Source of the DNA: Deinococcota bacterium
GTDB lineage: Bacteria; Deinococcota; Deinococci; Deinococcales; Thermaceae
Reading direction: 5' to 3'
NCBI GenBank assembly: GCA_041695225.1
Contig: JBGFRI010000004.1
Location: 1 to 64,000 of the forward strand
DNA length: 64,000 nt
Positions 45,444 through 54,994 of the stretch are shown here, in pieces. The notes under the pieces are model-generated. The model saw only the letters and a program-made list of their open reading frames with translations. It did no database searches and had not been told where the DNA came from. Numbering within the stretch: position 1 is the stretch's first letter; each line of letters starts with the position of its first letter. Position numbers and translations under genes: made by a program.

Positions 45444-48400
45444 CTACCCCTCCTCCCCTTCCAGCGCATCCCGCCCCATGCGGTATTTGATGTCGTAGTT
45501 GATGATAAAGTCGAGTTCCTCCGGCGTGAAGCCGTAGTGCCGGGCGAGAACGCGGTCTATCTGGTCAATGATGGGTTTAGAATAGACAGGGTAAAACTCT
45601 TGGTACTCAACGCGCCCTGATGCTTCATAGGTATAGATGCGGTTTTTGGAATTTGCCCTGTAGTCATCCATCAGGTTCCCGTAAACCTCGATAAGTTCAC
45701 TGAGAGTCTCAGAATCAAGTTCGCCAACAGGAAATGTTTCTATATCCGCACCTGCGATATTCCGGCAATTGCCCTGCCCTGTAAACCAAAAGTAGAAACA
45801 TGTGCTATTCAACATAGCCCCGGCTATGCTGCTCTGCCGCACCGTTGAGAAAAACAAATCTTTCAGGTGATCCAATGACTTCGTTCGTGTTGCAGAGCTA
45901 AAGTACGGCTCAAAGTTCATTGCACGAATCCAGAAAACGGGGCTTCGGTGATAATTGATACGTGCTATACCTCCATTGCGAAGGTAATACCCCAGTGTCC
46001 TAGTTTTTGAGAGCATCCTTCTAAGAACAGAACTAGCAAGTGGCGTGCCCAACTTGCTAAACCTCATATGACCCGACAATAGGCCTGAATCTGAGTACAC
46101 CATCGTCGGAAAAAGGGTAGCACGGGCAACTGCGTACCAACGCTGATAATCAGTGACTTTTATTTCTGGCTCAAGAACCTTCTGTTTACGCCCTACTATG
46201 ATGCAGAGGCGGTATTTGACACCGTTGAATAGAACGGAAGGGTGAGCATCTCCAGAAAAGTAAGAAATGTGTAGCGGAGATAAGTTACCCGCAACCATGT
46301 CCTGGTAGGACTGCATCCTTTCTGTCGAAAACCCACTTAAGGGCACTATGACACTCACACCGCCAGTTTCCTTAACCAAAGCTATAAAGCGCTCGACACA
46401 GGGTGCATAAATGTTGCCGCACAATTCGGTCACATAACCTTTGATGTTGTAAGAACTAACCTTCGACATCTCAATGTAGGGCGGGTTTCCGATGATGGCG
46501 TCAAACCCGCCGTTTTTCATAATGCCGTAAAAGTCCACAAACCAGTGGAAGGGCTTGTGGCTGGCTTTCCACTTTTGGTAATCGGCGGGTTTTTGGGGGT
46601 CTATGCCGTACTGGGCGGCCAGGTGGCGGTTGAGTTCTTCTTCCAGGGCATGCAGGCGCTGGCGCAGGGTTTGTTTGTCGGCGGGGGTGACTGCGCCGCC
46701 GTGTTCGGTTTGTTGCAGGCGGAACTGGCGGGACAAAGCCTCAAGGTCGTCCAGCTTCTCGGTGATCTCTCTTTCAAAGTCACCATAATCGAGCCGACCA
46801 CTAAAAGAGTCGCTGATCTCTTTCAATGTGGCGAAGCCCACCAGGGCGTTGCCGGCGCGGATGTTGAAGTCTATGTCGGGCAGGGGCTCGAGCTGGCCGG
46901 GGTGCTCGATCTGGCTCATCAGCTTGAGAAAGAGGCGCAGTTTGGCGATCTCGGTGGCCTCTTCCATGATGTCCACCCCGTAGAGGTTGTTCACCACGAT
47001 GCTCTTGAGCACGTAGTAGCGCTCGCTGGGGTGCTTGGAGACTTCGGCCAGGGTGCGGCGGAAGTCGGGGTACTTCTGGGTGCTGCCCGCTGCGTCGGCC
47101 TCGGAGACCAGGGCTTCCATCTTGTCCAGGGCGCTTTCGTAGAGCGGCTGCAGGATGTTGAGGGCGGCGAACAAAAAGGCCCCCGAGCCGCAGGTGGGGT
47201 CGAGCACCCGGATCTCGCTCAGGGCCTTCCAGTACGCACGCACCAGGTCGGCCCCTTCGGCGCTGTCCAGCACGTCCTGGGCAAACTGGCGGAGGTTCAG
47301 GTTCAGGGTGATAAGGTCGGCAACGTTTTGCACCTCGCCCGCACTTAACCTGGCCTTCAGATCGTGATAGCGCTGCCGCCGGGTGATGTACTCGCGCCAG
47401 GTCTCGGTGGGCAGGGTGAGGGGGTTGCCCTCCCCATCTTTCAGGTCGGCCTGGCCCAGGTTGTAGCGCTTGTCGAACATGCGGGCCTCGGGGTCGTGCA
47501 TCCCCTTTTGTACAAACTCGGGCAACTGCTCCTCGGGGTAGTCGGCCCCGCGCCGCACGGCCTCGTAGAGGTAGCGGTCAGGGTCTTGTTGCAGCAGCTT
47601 CCACAGGCTGCCTTGGCCCTCGAAGGCTACCCGGCAGCCCTGGCGGGTGGTCTCCAGAATGTGCGGCAGGATGGTGTTTTTGGCGATGTACTCGGTGATG
47701 TCTTCCTTGGTGTAATAGGCCCCCATCTGCTTCTGGTTGATGTACTTCTCGAAGATGTAGCCCAGCACGTCGGGGTTGATCTCGTTGCCCTCGCGCAGCG
47801 GGCGGTCGTCGAGGTGCCACTGGTACTGCTCGAAAAAGGCGAAGACCTGCTCGAAGGCCTCGTCGGGAATCTGGATCTGGGCGTGCTCGGCTTCCAGGGG
47901 GTGAATCTCGAACAGGCCGCCGTTGAGGTAGGGGATCGTGCCCAGCAAGGCCCGCAGCTCGGGGTCGGTCGGGCGCTTCTGGCTACCCAGCCCGTCGTGG
48001 AACAGCACCAGCAGAAAGTCGCGGTAGAAGCTGTGAAACCTGCCCTTGCCCCGGAGGGTCTGCACCTTGTGAAGGCGGTCGCGCAGGTAGTTGGGGTTGC
48101 CATCCAGAAAGCCTTTCTTCTGCACGAAGTAGACGAACATCAGCCGGTTGAGCATCAGGCTGGTGTACCAGCGGCGGGCCTCTTCGGGGAGGCCGCTCAC
48201 CCGGGCGAAAAAGGCCTGGTGCTCCCTCTGGAACTGCTCGTAGAAGCGTCTGGTGACCCGCTCGACGTCGAAGGCCCGCCGCACCCGGCGACCCGCCACA
48301 AAGGTGGTGGCGCTCTCTTCCTCGGCCAGGGTGAAGGCAAGCTGCTTTAGTTTTTGCAGGAATAGCTCGTTGTTTTTGCCCGCCCGGAACTCGGCGGTGC

Positions 48401-48725
48401 GCAGCTTGAGGGGCTTGCCCCGCTCGTTCAAGACCCATTCCCAGAGCTGTCTGCCGGTAGCCCTATCCTCGAAGATCACCAGCCGTTCGGCGGCCATACG
48501 GTTGAGCTGGCGCTCGAGCAGAACCCTTATTTTGTGCTCGGGGATGCCCTCGAGGCGCAGCACCTGGAACTCCCGCTTCTTCGCTGCACGGTGCAGGGTG
48601 TATGCCTGCCCTTTGACCTCCAGCGAGAAGGGCCGGCCCTGGTTCTGGTCCCAGCCCAGCTCCTCCAGGAACAAAGCCTGGTAGTTGTGGGCCTCGAGGT
48701 GGCGGCGGGCGCGGGCATTGTCCAT
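45444..48725 (-). CDS. large N6-adenine DNA methyltransferase with target-recognition region (Eco57I / type IIG-like)
   Basis: YLNGGLF, LGYIFEKY, GAYYT, LDPTCGSGAF, LYGVDI, IIGNPPY. Confidence 0.92.
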   Translation of the reverse strand: MDNARARRHLEAHNYQALFLEELGWDQNQGRPFSLEVKGQAYTLHRAAKKREFQVLRLEGIPEHKIRVLLERQLNRMAAERLVIFEDRATGRQLWEWVLNERGKPLKLRTAEFRAGKNNELFLQKLKQLAFTLAEEESATTFVAGRRVRRAFDVERVTRRFYEQFQREHQAFFARVSGLPEEARRWYTSLMLNRLMFVYFVQKKGFLDGNPNYLRDRLHKVQTLRGKGRFHSFYRDFLLVLFHDGLGSQKRPTDPELRALLGTIPYLNGGLFEIHPLEAEHAQIQIPDEAFEQVFAFFEQYQWHLDDRPLREGNEINPDVLGYIFEKYINQKQMGAYYTKEDITEYIAKNTILPHILETTRQGCRVAFEGQGSLWKLLQQDPDRYLYEAVRRGADYPEEQLPEFVQKGMHDPEARMFDKRYNLGQADLKDGEGNPLTLPTETWREYITRRQRYHDLKARLSAGEVQNVADLITLNLNLRQFAQDVLDSAEGADLVRAYWKALSEIRVLDPTCGSGAFLFAALNILQPLYESALDKMEALVSEADAAGSTQKYPDFRRTLAEVSKHPSERYYVLKSIVVNNLYGVDIMEEATEIAKLRLFLKLMSQIEHPGQLEPLPDIDFNIRAGNALVGFATLKEISDSFSGRLDYGDFEREITEKLDDLEALSRQFRLQQTEHGGAVTPADKQTLRQRLHALEEELNRHLAAQYGIDPQKPADYQKWKASHKPFHWFVDFYGIMKNGGFDAIIGNPPYIEMSKVSSYNIKGYVTELCGNIYAPCVERFIALVKETGGVSVIVPLSGFSTERMQSYQDMVAGNLSPLHISYFSGDAHPSVLFNGVKYRLCIIVGRKQKVLEPEIKVTDYQRWYAVARATLFPTMVYSDSGLLSGHMRFSKLGTPLASSVLRRMLSKTRTLGYYLRNGGIARINYHRSPVFWIRAMNFEPYFSSATRTKSLDHLKDLFFSTVRQSSIAGAMLNSTCFYFWFTGQGNCRNIAGADIETFPVGELDSETLSELIEVYGNLMDDYRANSKNRIYTYEASGRVEYQEFYPVYSKPIIDQIDRVLARHYGFTPEELDFIINYDIKYRMGRDALEGEEG

Positions 48726-48727
48726 GT

Positions 48728-51700
48728 CTACACCAGTCCCATCGAGCAGATCAGCTCGGGCTCTTTTTGGCCCTGGTCTCCACCGTTCACCTCGCAGAGG
48801 CTGCCCTCTTCGCGCATCCCCACCACCAGGCTCACCAGGTCGGCCTCGGGAATCTCCTGGCGCAACTGCTGGCCCAGCCGCTCCCGCGCCCGCTCCTTGA
48901 GCGGGAAGCGCAGCAGGTCTTCGAGTACGGCCTCGAGTTCGGTCAGGGGGAAGATGGGGGTCTGGTGGGTGTTCAGGTAGTCGCGCAGCCGGTAGAACAG
49001 CTTGAACTTCACGCTGCTGCGGGCGCCCAGGCTGCCCCCGCTGGTGCGTTCTTCTTCCATCACCCGCCGCGCCACCTCGCCCACCAGTTCGTGGTGGTTG
49101 CGCAGTCGCTCGACCGGCGGGGTGTCGGGCGGGCAGGCGGCGGCCCGGAGGATCTCGAGCTGGCTCTCGGATAGGGTGCGCCCATCCGGGTCAACCCAGG
49201 TCAGGCTGTCGGCCCCGCCGGGGGTGCGGAGGTAGACCAGCACGCCCCTACGAGCCTGGGCCTTGCTGCTGTAGACCACGTTGGGCAGTGCGGGGATGGT
49301 GCGCTTCAGGCTGGGGTCGGCCTCGGTGGCCTGCTTGTAGATTTCGTAGGCGTAAGAGGCCAGGTCTACCTCGCCATCGTCGGCCTCGTCGAGAATACCC
49401 GAACGCTCGTGGTAGAGGGCCTCGAGGGCCCGCACTTCCTCGTCCTCGAAGAAGACCTCGTCGGTGCCCACCACCTCGGCGTTCTGGCGCAGGCGGGTCA
49501 GCAGGCGGCGGCGCAGATTGATGACCCGCTCGAGGCCCTCGGCGGGCAGGAAGGTGTAGGCGAAAATCTCGTGCGAGCGCTGTCCAATGCGGTCTACCCG
49601 CCCCACCCGCTGGATCAGCCGGATGATGGCCCAGGGCAGGTCGTAGTTGACCACTACAAAGGCGTCCTGCAGGTTCTGCCCCTCCGAGAGCACATCGGTC
49701 GAGATCAAGACCCGTAACTCGCGTTCCGGGGCCACTTGTGTACCGCCTTTTTCGCTGTTGCTGCGTGGGCTGAAGCGCGTGGCCAGCGCGGTGGGGTTGT
49801 CCGAATCGCCCGTAACCCCCGCCAGCGCTTCCAGGCCCCTGGCCTTTAGTTGCTGCTCCAGGTAGACCACGGTGTCGGCAAACTGGGTGAAGATCAGCAC
49901 CTTGTCGGTAGGGTGGGTTTGGGTAAGCAGCCGTTCCAAAGCACTCAACTTGGTGTCCCGCTCGGGGTTCCAGACCCCGCTGGCGGTCAGGATTTCCTCG
50001 AGCGCGGCGGCATCTTTTTCCAGGTCGTGTGCGAGGCTTTTTGTGAACAGACTGGGGCGGATCCATTTGAACCCGGATTTGAGTCTGATTTCCTCATAAA
50101 TCTGCGCCGCTCTGGCCGCCCAGCTGCCGTTGACGCCCTCTTCCTCGAACAGCCCGTCCTCGTCCCGGTCGGTATAGTCGGGCTCGAGAAAGTCGGCGTC
50201 CAGGGTGCCGATGGGCAGGTCGAGGTTGTTCTTTAGGGCGTGCAGGTAGACGTAGTTGCGCAGAATGTGCCGCTGTAGCGAGTGCAAGAAGACCTGGCCG
50301 CTGGACTCGAGCCGCTTGAACAGGTTGGTCTTGACAAAGCCCTTGAGGCGCGTCCCGGCCCGGCCCAGGTTTTCAATCTGCTGCGCTTCGGCCTCGGTCA
50401 GACTGGTTGGGTTGTCCAGGGCGTAGTTGCCTAGCCCGTAACGCGGTAGCTGAAGCTCCTCGATAACCCTTACCACCCGCTCGGCGTACAGCCGGGCGTA
50501 CTGGTCTTGTGGGTTGGCCTCGTCTAGCGCAAAGGCCAAAGCCCTGGGCAGCCGCTTGGGAAAGTAGGAGCGCTCGCCGCTGGAGAACTCGAGATACTTT
50601 CTGCCCTCTCGGTCCGTTTTGGCATAGTTGGCCTGAATGAAGCTGCGGGTACGCCGCACCATGTACAGCCGCATCAACTCGCGCCAGTCATCGGGCTGAT
50701 CGCTCAACTCGAAGGCCTGGATCGAGCGAACCGGTACCCCGTATTTTTGGGCAAAGCTAAACTCTCCATCCGGGAGCATCCGCAGGTAGGCCTCGGGGCG
50801 AATGCCCAGGTCGGTATCGGGTGGTACGAAGAGCCTAAGTTGGGCGGCCAGGTCGAGGTACGTCTTGTTGTAAGGTGTTGCCGTCAGCAGCACAACTTTT
50901 GCAAGGTTTTTCTCGATGTAATCCCGAATTACCCCATAGGTCTTGCCTTCGCGGTTGCGCAGGTTATGGCTCTCATCAATGACGATGAGTGGAAAGCGTT
51001 GTAGCTTAGGCAGATCCCGAATAACCTCGCTCATCGAGAGGATTTCCGCCCGCAGACCAAACCGGCGGCGGTACTTCTGCCACATCTCCACCAGGTTCTT
51101 GGGGCAGAGGATCAGGCTGGCGAAGTAGTCGGGCTCGAGCGTCCTGATCAAGGCGCTGGCAATGATGGTCTTGCCCAGTCCCACCACGTCCCCAATCACC
51201 ACCCCACCGCGTTTGTCCAGGTGGTGAGCCGCAATCTTAACCGCCGCCGACTGGAAGTCGAACAGCTCTCCCTCGAAACCTTCAAACCTGCGTGGCTGCG
51301 CCAGACCTACCCGTGCCTCTGCGGAAAGGTGGTAGGCCATCTTCAGGTAGACATGGTACGGCGGTAGGGGTTTCTCCCGCGCCCAGCTCTCCTCAATGAT
51401 CTCCGCCAACTCCTCCGAGACATCCAGGCTGAAGGGGTCATTCCAGCGATCCTCGAACCAACCCGACAGCTTTTTGGCTGCATCACCGTCCAGCACGTCA
51501 ATGTTCAGCTCCCCTTGCCCTTTGAGCCCCGAGAAGGTCAGGTTGCTGCTGCCCAGGTAGCCCACGATCGGGAGGTGAAAGTGGCGCTGGTAAGCCAGGT
51601 ATAGCTTGGCGTGCAGGGCGTGGCGCAAGAAGAGTTTGACCACCAGTTTCCTGCTTCGCAACTGCCGGGCCAGCCTGCGCAGGCCCTCCTCATCCATTGC

Positions 51701-52024
51701 GGTGGGCGTACCCACCACGAGCTGGTGGTGGAAGTCGTTCGCAATTTCCTTGCGCCGCCGGCCAGCCACGGCGTTGCTGATACTCTCCTCACCATTCAGA
51801 CCGTACATTGCGCGCAGTTCATCCCTGGGGCGTTGCTGCATGCCTACCAACAGCCGAACCTGGTTGTCGGGTTGCCCGCTCCAGCCCTCGATCTGATCGG
51901 CCAGGTGGCGCCAGCCCCGGAGGTTGAAATAGCCCACGGCGAAGTCGGCTCTATAGGCCGAAGCCAGGGTCTCCTTCAATGCGGGCAGTAAGGTATCTTC
52001 GATATTGTCAAAAATGCGTGGCAT
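48728..52024 (-). CDS. PLD-nuclease + SNF2-family helicase
   Basis: AVGYFNL, HAKLYL..GSSNLT..ELN (PLD HxK motif); DVVGLGKT, DESH, LTATP, SEGQNLQ, QRVGRVDRIG. Confidence 0.93.
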   Translation of the reverse strand: MPRIFDNIEDTLLPALKETLASAYRADFAVGYFNLRGWRHLADQIEGWSGQPDNQVRLLVGMQQRPRDELRAMYGLNGEESISNAVAGRRRKEIANDFHHQLVVGTPTAMDEEGLRRLARQLRSRKLVVKLFLRHALHAKLYLAYQRHFHLPIVGYLGSSNLTFSGLKGQGELNIDVLDGDAAKKLSGWFEDRWNDPFSLDVSEELAEIIEESWAREKPLPPYHVYLKMAYHLSAEARVGLAQPRRFEGFEGELFDFQSAAVKIAAHHLDKRGGVVIGDVVGLGKTIIASALIRTLEPDYFASLILCPKNLVEMWQKYRRRFGLRAEILSMSEVIRDLPKLQRFPLIVIDESHNLRNREGKTYGVIRDYIEKNLAKVVLLTATPYNKTYLDLAAQLRLFVPPDTDLGIRPEAYLRMLPDGEFSFAQKYGVPVRSIQAFELSDQPDDWRELMRLYMVRRTRSFIQANYAKTDREGRKYLEFSSGERSYFPKRLPRALAFALDEANPQDQYARLYAERVVRVIEELQLPRYGLGNYALDNPTSLTEAEAQQIENLGRAGTRLKGFVKTNLFKRLESSGQVFLHSLQRHILRNYVYLHALKNNLDLPIGTLDADFLEPDYTDRDEDGLFEEEGVNGSWAARAAQIYEEIRLKSGFKWIRPSLFTKSLAHDLEKDAAALEEILTASGVWNPERDTKLSALERLLTQTHPTDKVLIFTQFADTVVYLEQQLKARGLEALAGVTGDSDNPTALATRFSPRSNSEKGGTQVAPERELRVLISTDVLSEGQNLQDAFVVVNYDLPWAIIRLIQRVGRVDRIGQRSHEIFAYTFLPAEGLERVINLRRRLLTRLRQNAEVVGTDEVFFEDEEVRALEALYHERSGILDEADDGEVDLASYAYEIYKQATEADPSLKRTIPALPNVVYSSKAQARRGVLVYLRTPGGADSLTWVDPDGRTLSESQLEILRAAACPPDTPPVERLRNHHELVGEVARRVMEEERTSGGSLGARSSVKFKLFYRLRDYLNTHQTPIFPLTELEAVLEDLLRFPLKERARERLGQQLRQEIPEADLVSLVVGMREEGSLCEVNGGDQGQKEPELICSMGLV

Positions 52025-52071
52025 CGTTAATGCTGGATTCTAATGTAACCACCGCCGAATTACCTCCCAAA

Positions 52072-52323
52072 TCAACCCGGTGGGGGTACTTCAGGCAAAT
52101 CGGTTACTACCCCAGCCGCTGCCCATCGTGCTTCCCCCCCCCAGCGCCGCTCCTGCCCCTGTGGTGTGAGGATAAAGCTGTTGCGGTCGTCGGTAATCTG
52201 GGCCTGCAAACCCAGCGCCTTGCGCCTGGCCCGGGCGTCCAGGATAGGGAAACACAGCTCGTAGCGGTGGTCGAGGCTGCGCGGCATGGCGTCGGGGCTG
52301 TCGTCCCAGACCCGCTGCGTCAC
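52072..52323 (-). pseudogene. C-terminal remnant of polyphosphate kinase 1
   Basis: SPDAMPRSLDHRYELCFPILD resembles the PPK1 SADWMxRNLxRRVE.xFPI motif; the rest of the gene is absent. Confidence 0.65.
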
Positions 52324-52437
52324 CTCACTTTGACCCGTGCAGCAGTTCTTCTTCGGACAGCCTCGCTAGGTTACGGCTTTGCCGGAATCGCGTAAGCGAC
52401 TCGCCTAGGGGCAGCGGCCCTCTTGCCGAATAGGGCT

Positions 52438-53796
52438 CTAGATATTCCCAAAGCCGTCCAGGATGCGGGCGATGTGGCGCGCGGCATTGTGGAAGTCTTT
52501 GATGCGCACATTTTCGTTTGGCGAATGGGTCCGGTTAGAGGTACCAAAGCCCAGGCCAGCATCAATTACCGGGATGCCCAGCGGCCCGGCAAAGGCATAA
52601 ACCGGCGAGCTGCCGCCGGTCATGGGAATAAGCTGGTAGGGTTTCTGATAGACCTCTTCAGCGGTCCTGGCTGCCAGCTGCACCAGGGGGTGGTCGGCCT
52701 CCGACTTGGAAGGGAACATATAGTCGCTGTAGGATATTTTGACGTCGGTAAAGCCTTCGGCGTCCAGGTGGGCCCGGAGTAGGGTAAGAATCTCGGTGGG
52801 GTTTTGGTCGGGCACCAGGCGGAAGTCGAGCTTGACCGAGGCCCTGGCCGGAATCACGGTCTTGGTACCCTGGCCCTGGTAGCCGGTGGTGATGCCCTGG
52901 ATGTTGCAGGTGGGGTTGAAGACGGCTTTTTTGAGTTCGAAGCCGGTAAGCCCGCCCACAAACCCCCGCACCCCAAAAGTCTCGCGCAAGTGCTGCTCGC
53001 TGTCGGGTAGCCGGCGGAACAACTCCAGATCAAGTTCGGAAATGGGCTTTACATCATCGTAAAAGCCCGGAATTTGGATGCGCTCGTTTTCGTCCTTGAG
53101 CGAGGCCAGCACCCGCACCAGTCGCCAGGCCGCGTTGGGCAGGATGTGGGCGCTGCCGGAGTGGGCGTCGCGGGAGAGGGTTTGCACCTCGAGCTCTACC
53201 GCCAGAATGCCCCGACGGCCCAGCGAGCTGCCGGGGCGCTCCTCGAAGTCAATGCCGCCTTCTTCCCAAACGGCGCCGTCGCACTTGAGCAGACTCAGAT
53301 GGTCCTGCACAAACTTTGCGATGCCGGGGCTGCCCACCTCTTCGTTGCCCTCTACCACAAAAAGCACCCCGCACGGTAGCTCGCCCCCATTGGCCGCCCT
53401 GGCTGCGTCCACTGCGGCAACGCGGGCCATAAACTCGCCCTTGTCATCCTTGACCCCACGGGCATACAAAAGCCCATCGCGGACCTGGGGCTGGAACGGG
53501 GGAGAGTCCCAGAGTTCAAGCGGCTCGGGCGGCTGCACATCGTAGTGGTTGTAAAAAAGCAGGGTGCGCCCCGACTTTCCAGCGGCGCGGCCCACGATTA
53601 CCGGGTTGCCGTAGCCCTCGATTTTCCAGGTCTGGAAGCCGTGGTTTTGCAGGATCTGCTCTACCAGGCTGGCGCACTCGAGCATCCCCTGGCCGGTAGC
53701 CGAGACGCTGGGCTGGGCACACAGGCGTATGGTTTCGCCAAGGTAGGCCTCGAGGTTTTTCTGCAGGAACTGGTCTATTGCACTGGCTCTGGACAT
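52438..53796 (-). CDS. M20 family metallopeptidase (ArgE/DapE-like)
   Basis: YNHYDVQP, ARGVKDDKG, EGNEEVGS, DAHSG, HSPNEN. Confidence 0.94.
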   Translation of the reverse strand: MSRASAIDQFLQKNLEAYLGETIRLCAQPSVSATGQGMLECASLVEQILQNHGFQTWKIEGYGNPVIVGRAAGKSGRTLLFYNHYDVQPPEPLELWDSPPFQPQVRDGLLYARGVKDDKGEFMARVAAVDAARAANGGELPCGVLFVVEGNEEVGSPGIAKFVQDHLSLLKCDGAVWEEGGIDFEERPGSSLGRRGILAVELEVQTLSRDAHSGSAHILPNAAWRLVRVLASLKDENERIQIPGFYDDVKPISELDLELFRRLPDSEQHLRETFGVRGFVGGLTGFELKKAVFNPTCNIQGITTGYQGQGTKTVIPARASVKLDFRLVPDQNPTEILTLLRAHLDAEGFTDVKISYSDYMFPSKSEADHPLVQLAARTAEEVYQKPYQLIPMTGGSSPVYAFAGPLGIPVIDAGLGFGTSNRTHSPNENVRIKDFHNAARHIARILDGFGNI

Positions 53797-54085
53797 AACA
53801 AAACTATACGGCCTCGACTACCAGGGGCGGAAGAAAACGTCGAGGGTCAAAAGAGAAACGTCGAGGGCCAAGGGTCGAGGGCGGGAAGCTAAAGTCCAGC
53901 AATTTTTGGAAGACACCAGACTAACCCAGCCCATCCGACATTAGACCTGCGACCCGTGACCCGTGACCCGCACCCTGCGACCTGTGACCTGAGACCTGCG
54001 CAGCAGTCTGAGCGCCAGCGAGCGCAGGCTCTGGGCCAGACCATTGCCAATATGACATATCTGACATATCTGCTATATTCGATAT

Positions 54086-54337
54086 ATGCAGACCACGCTT
54101 CGCATAGACGATGAGCTGTATCGGAAGGCCAAGGCCGAGGCCGCCCGGCAGGGGATTACCCTTACCCAGTTCCTCGAGGAGGCTCTGCGCCTGCGGCTCC
54201 AGCACCAACCGGGCAAGCCGGTTCAACTTCCCACCTTCGATAGCGGACAGGTGCTAGACCTGAAGCCCACACAGCTCAAGCAGCTTCTTCAATCCAGCCA
54301 GACCGAGTACGACCTGAGCAAGCTGGAGGGAAGGTAG
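54086..54337 (+). CDS. RHH-type antitoxin (VapB-like)
   Basis: MQTTLRIDDELYRKAKAEAARQGITLTQFLEEALR; directly upstream of a PIN gene; TGACATAT direct repeats upstream. Confidence 0.88.
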   Translation: MQTTLRIDDELYRKAKAEAARQGITLTQFLEEALRLRLQHQPGKPVQLPTFDSGQVLDLKPTQLKQLLQSSQTEYDLSKLEGR

Positions 54338-54340
54338 CCC

Positions 54341-54892
54341 TTGTACATCCTGGATGCCAATGTGCTCATCTATGCCTTCCGGCGTGACACGCCGCAGCAC
54401 GCCGCCCCGTCATTGCGAGGAGGCCCTTGGGCCGACGAAGCAATAGACTGGGTGACGGAGTGGCCGAGGATGGGGGTGATTAATCTATCCAGGAGAAAGC
54501 CGTAAGCCAATCAGCCGAAGGGGTGATCTGGATTGCTTCGCTCCGCTCGCAATGACGAAAATGTGCGTTCCTGTCGTCTTTGTATCAATACCCTGCCCTC
54601 GCTGGGTGACCAGAGGGCCAGACCAGAAGAGGTTTTTGCTTTTTTGTACGCGCTGCGGATGCAGCCGGCATACGAGCTGGTAGAGCCGGGGGCAGCCCAC
54701 CTTTCTATCCTGGAAAATTTGTGCCTGAGCCTGAACCTGCTGGGCAACCAGGCAAACGACGCCTTTCTGGCCGCGCTGGCCCTCGAGCGGGAAGCCACCC
54801 TAGTCAGCGCCGACCGGGGGTTCGAGCGCTTTCCGGCCTTGCGCTGGCTCGACCCACTGGATCATCGGGGCGAGCCCTTTCGGCTCGAGTAG
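54341..54892 (+). pseudogene. VapC PIN-domain toxin disrupted by a REPIN-like insertion
   Basis: MYILDANVLIYAF..PQH N-terminus and NDAFLAALALE..LVSADRGFERF C-terminus in the same frame, separated by a 150-bp insert containing stop codons. Confidence 0.88.
54408..54557. mobile_element. 150-bp REPIN/MITE-like element with 12-bp perfect terminal inverted repeats
   Basis: CGTCATTGCGAG at 54408-54419 and CTCGCAATGACG at 54546-54557; same family as 3372-3600. Confidence 0.8.
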
Positions 54893-54994
54893 TCCCGCGC
54901 CAGGACATCTTGCCGAACACTGATGGGCCTCGCGCCGAAAAACATGTCGGCGACTCTTGGGGCGTAGCCGTTTTTCCCAGCGTTCAAAAACAAA

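Noticed and set aside
45444..52024. Calling the island DISARM or BREX
   Set aside because: Defining genes (drmA, drmB/DUF1998, pglZ, brxC) are not in the window.
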